DNA from: Hypanus sabinus | Taxonomy: Eukaryota | NCBI RefSeq assembly: GCF_030144855.1 | Contig: NW_026781175.1 | Location: forward strand, 248,001 to 312,000 | Direction of reading: 5' to 3' | Length of the DNA stretch: 64,000 nt | In this document: in pieces, positions 63,250 to 64,000 of the stretch | Numbering within the stretch: position 1 is the stretch's first letter | Layout: every line of letters begins with the position of its first letter | Notes under the pieces: model-generated | Told to the model about the DNA's origin: nothing | The model's database searches: none | The model's input: only the letters and a program-made list of their open reading frames with translations | Translations under genes and position numbers: made by a program

Positions 63250-64000
63250 CGAGAGGGTGAGGGGGATGAAAAGGAGGAGAGTGCTGTGTAGATTGAGCGT
63301 TTGGAGCAGGCGGAAGGGATGAGGCAGGATGGGGGTGTGGAAGCTGGAGAGGGTGAAGGGAGGTGGAGGTGGAGAGTTAGTGTCAGGGGCATAGAGAGAT
63401 GCAGAAAGAGAGCGGACAGAAGGGGGATTGGTAAAAGGAAAGGTCAGGTCGAAGGGGGATGGTGGGGAAGAGTGTGAGAGAAACAGAGTGTCAGCGATCG
63501 GGGTAGGGTGAGTGAGAGGGATAGATCATAGAGAGCTGGAGTGAAAGGAGGAGAAAGGGAATGAGAGAGGTAAGGCCGAGGGGTAGTGAGAGGCGAGTAG
63601 AGAGGGAGTGACAAAGGGAGTGAAAGTGGGGATGGAGGAGATGGGCGAGTAGGCTATGGTAAGAGAGCTTGGTTATGGATGGAGACGTATACACGAGTGG
63701 GCGAGCACGAATGGGTAAGCGACAGACACAGGGACCAAGCAGCGGTGAGTGCATGGGGACTCCAGCAGAGCAGGATGAGTGAGATAGGCGGTGAGGAGGG
63801 AGGCGTGGTCAGCAATGGAGTGAGGAGGAAAGGGTGGCAGACTGGGGCAGTGAGAAAGGGCGGGTATGTGAGAATGGCGTCAAGGGGAAAGAAGTGAGGC
63901 AGACGGGTTTGAGGCCCAAGAACTGAAGGTGTAGGTTTCGGAGGGTGTGAGCATGAGTAGGGGGAGATAAAGGAGGGGTGAGGGTGATGGGTGACACGAC
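63250..64000. other. Strongly purine(G/A)-biased tract, probably part of an unclassified minus-strand retroelement
   Basis: Abrupt compositional switch at ~63250. No recognisable protein motif. Confidence 0.4.

Overview
Vertebrate nuclear DNA, most likely from a cartilaginous fish (ray or shark). This is inferred from the repeat complement and the NLR type, not from a database match. Most of the window is decayed retroelements: many CR1 LINEs (two ~3 kb copies with near-complete ORF2), Penelope-like elements (PLEs) with GIY-YIG remnants and hammerhead-ribozyme-type pLTR motifs, Rex1/Babar fragments, Tc1 remnants and two Gypsy-like solo LTRs. These are embedded in a + strand NLR (NACHT-LRR) locus. 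Its NACHT exon (45160-46037) is 5'-truncated, internally deleted and frameshifted. The last ~390 nt of that exon and five LRR exons (87/171/171/168/88 nt) are intact, in phase and keep GT-AG sites. Upstream and downstream lie three families of locally duplicated promoter/small-exon modules and several minisatellites. There are three assembly gaps. No rRNA, tRNA or CRISPR arrays were seen. The most interesting observations are (i) a possible NACHT-less, LRR-only 352-aa product from the broken NLR, and (ii) a ~220-bp palindromic PLE-derived unit with hammerhead cores on both strands and a target-site duplication.
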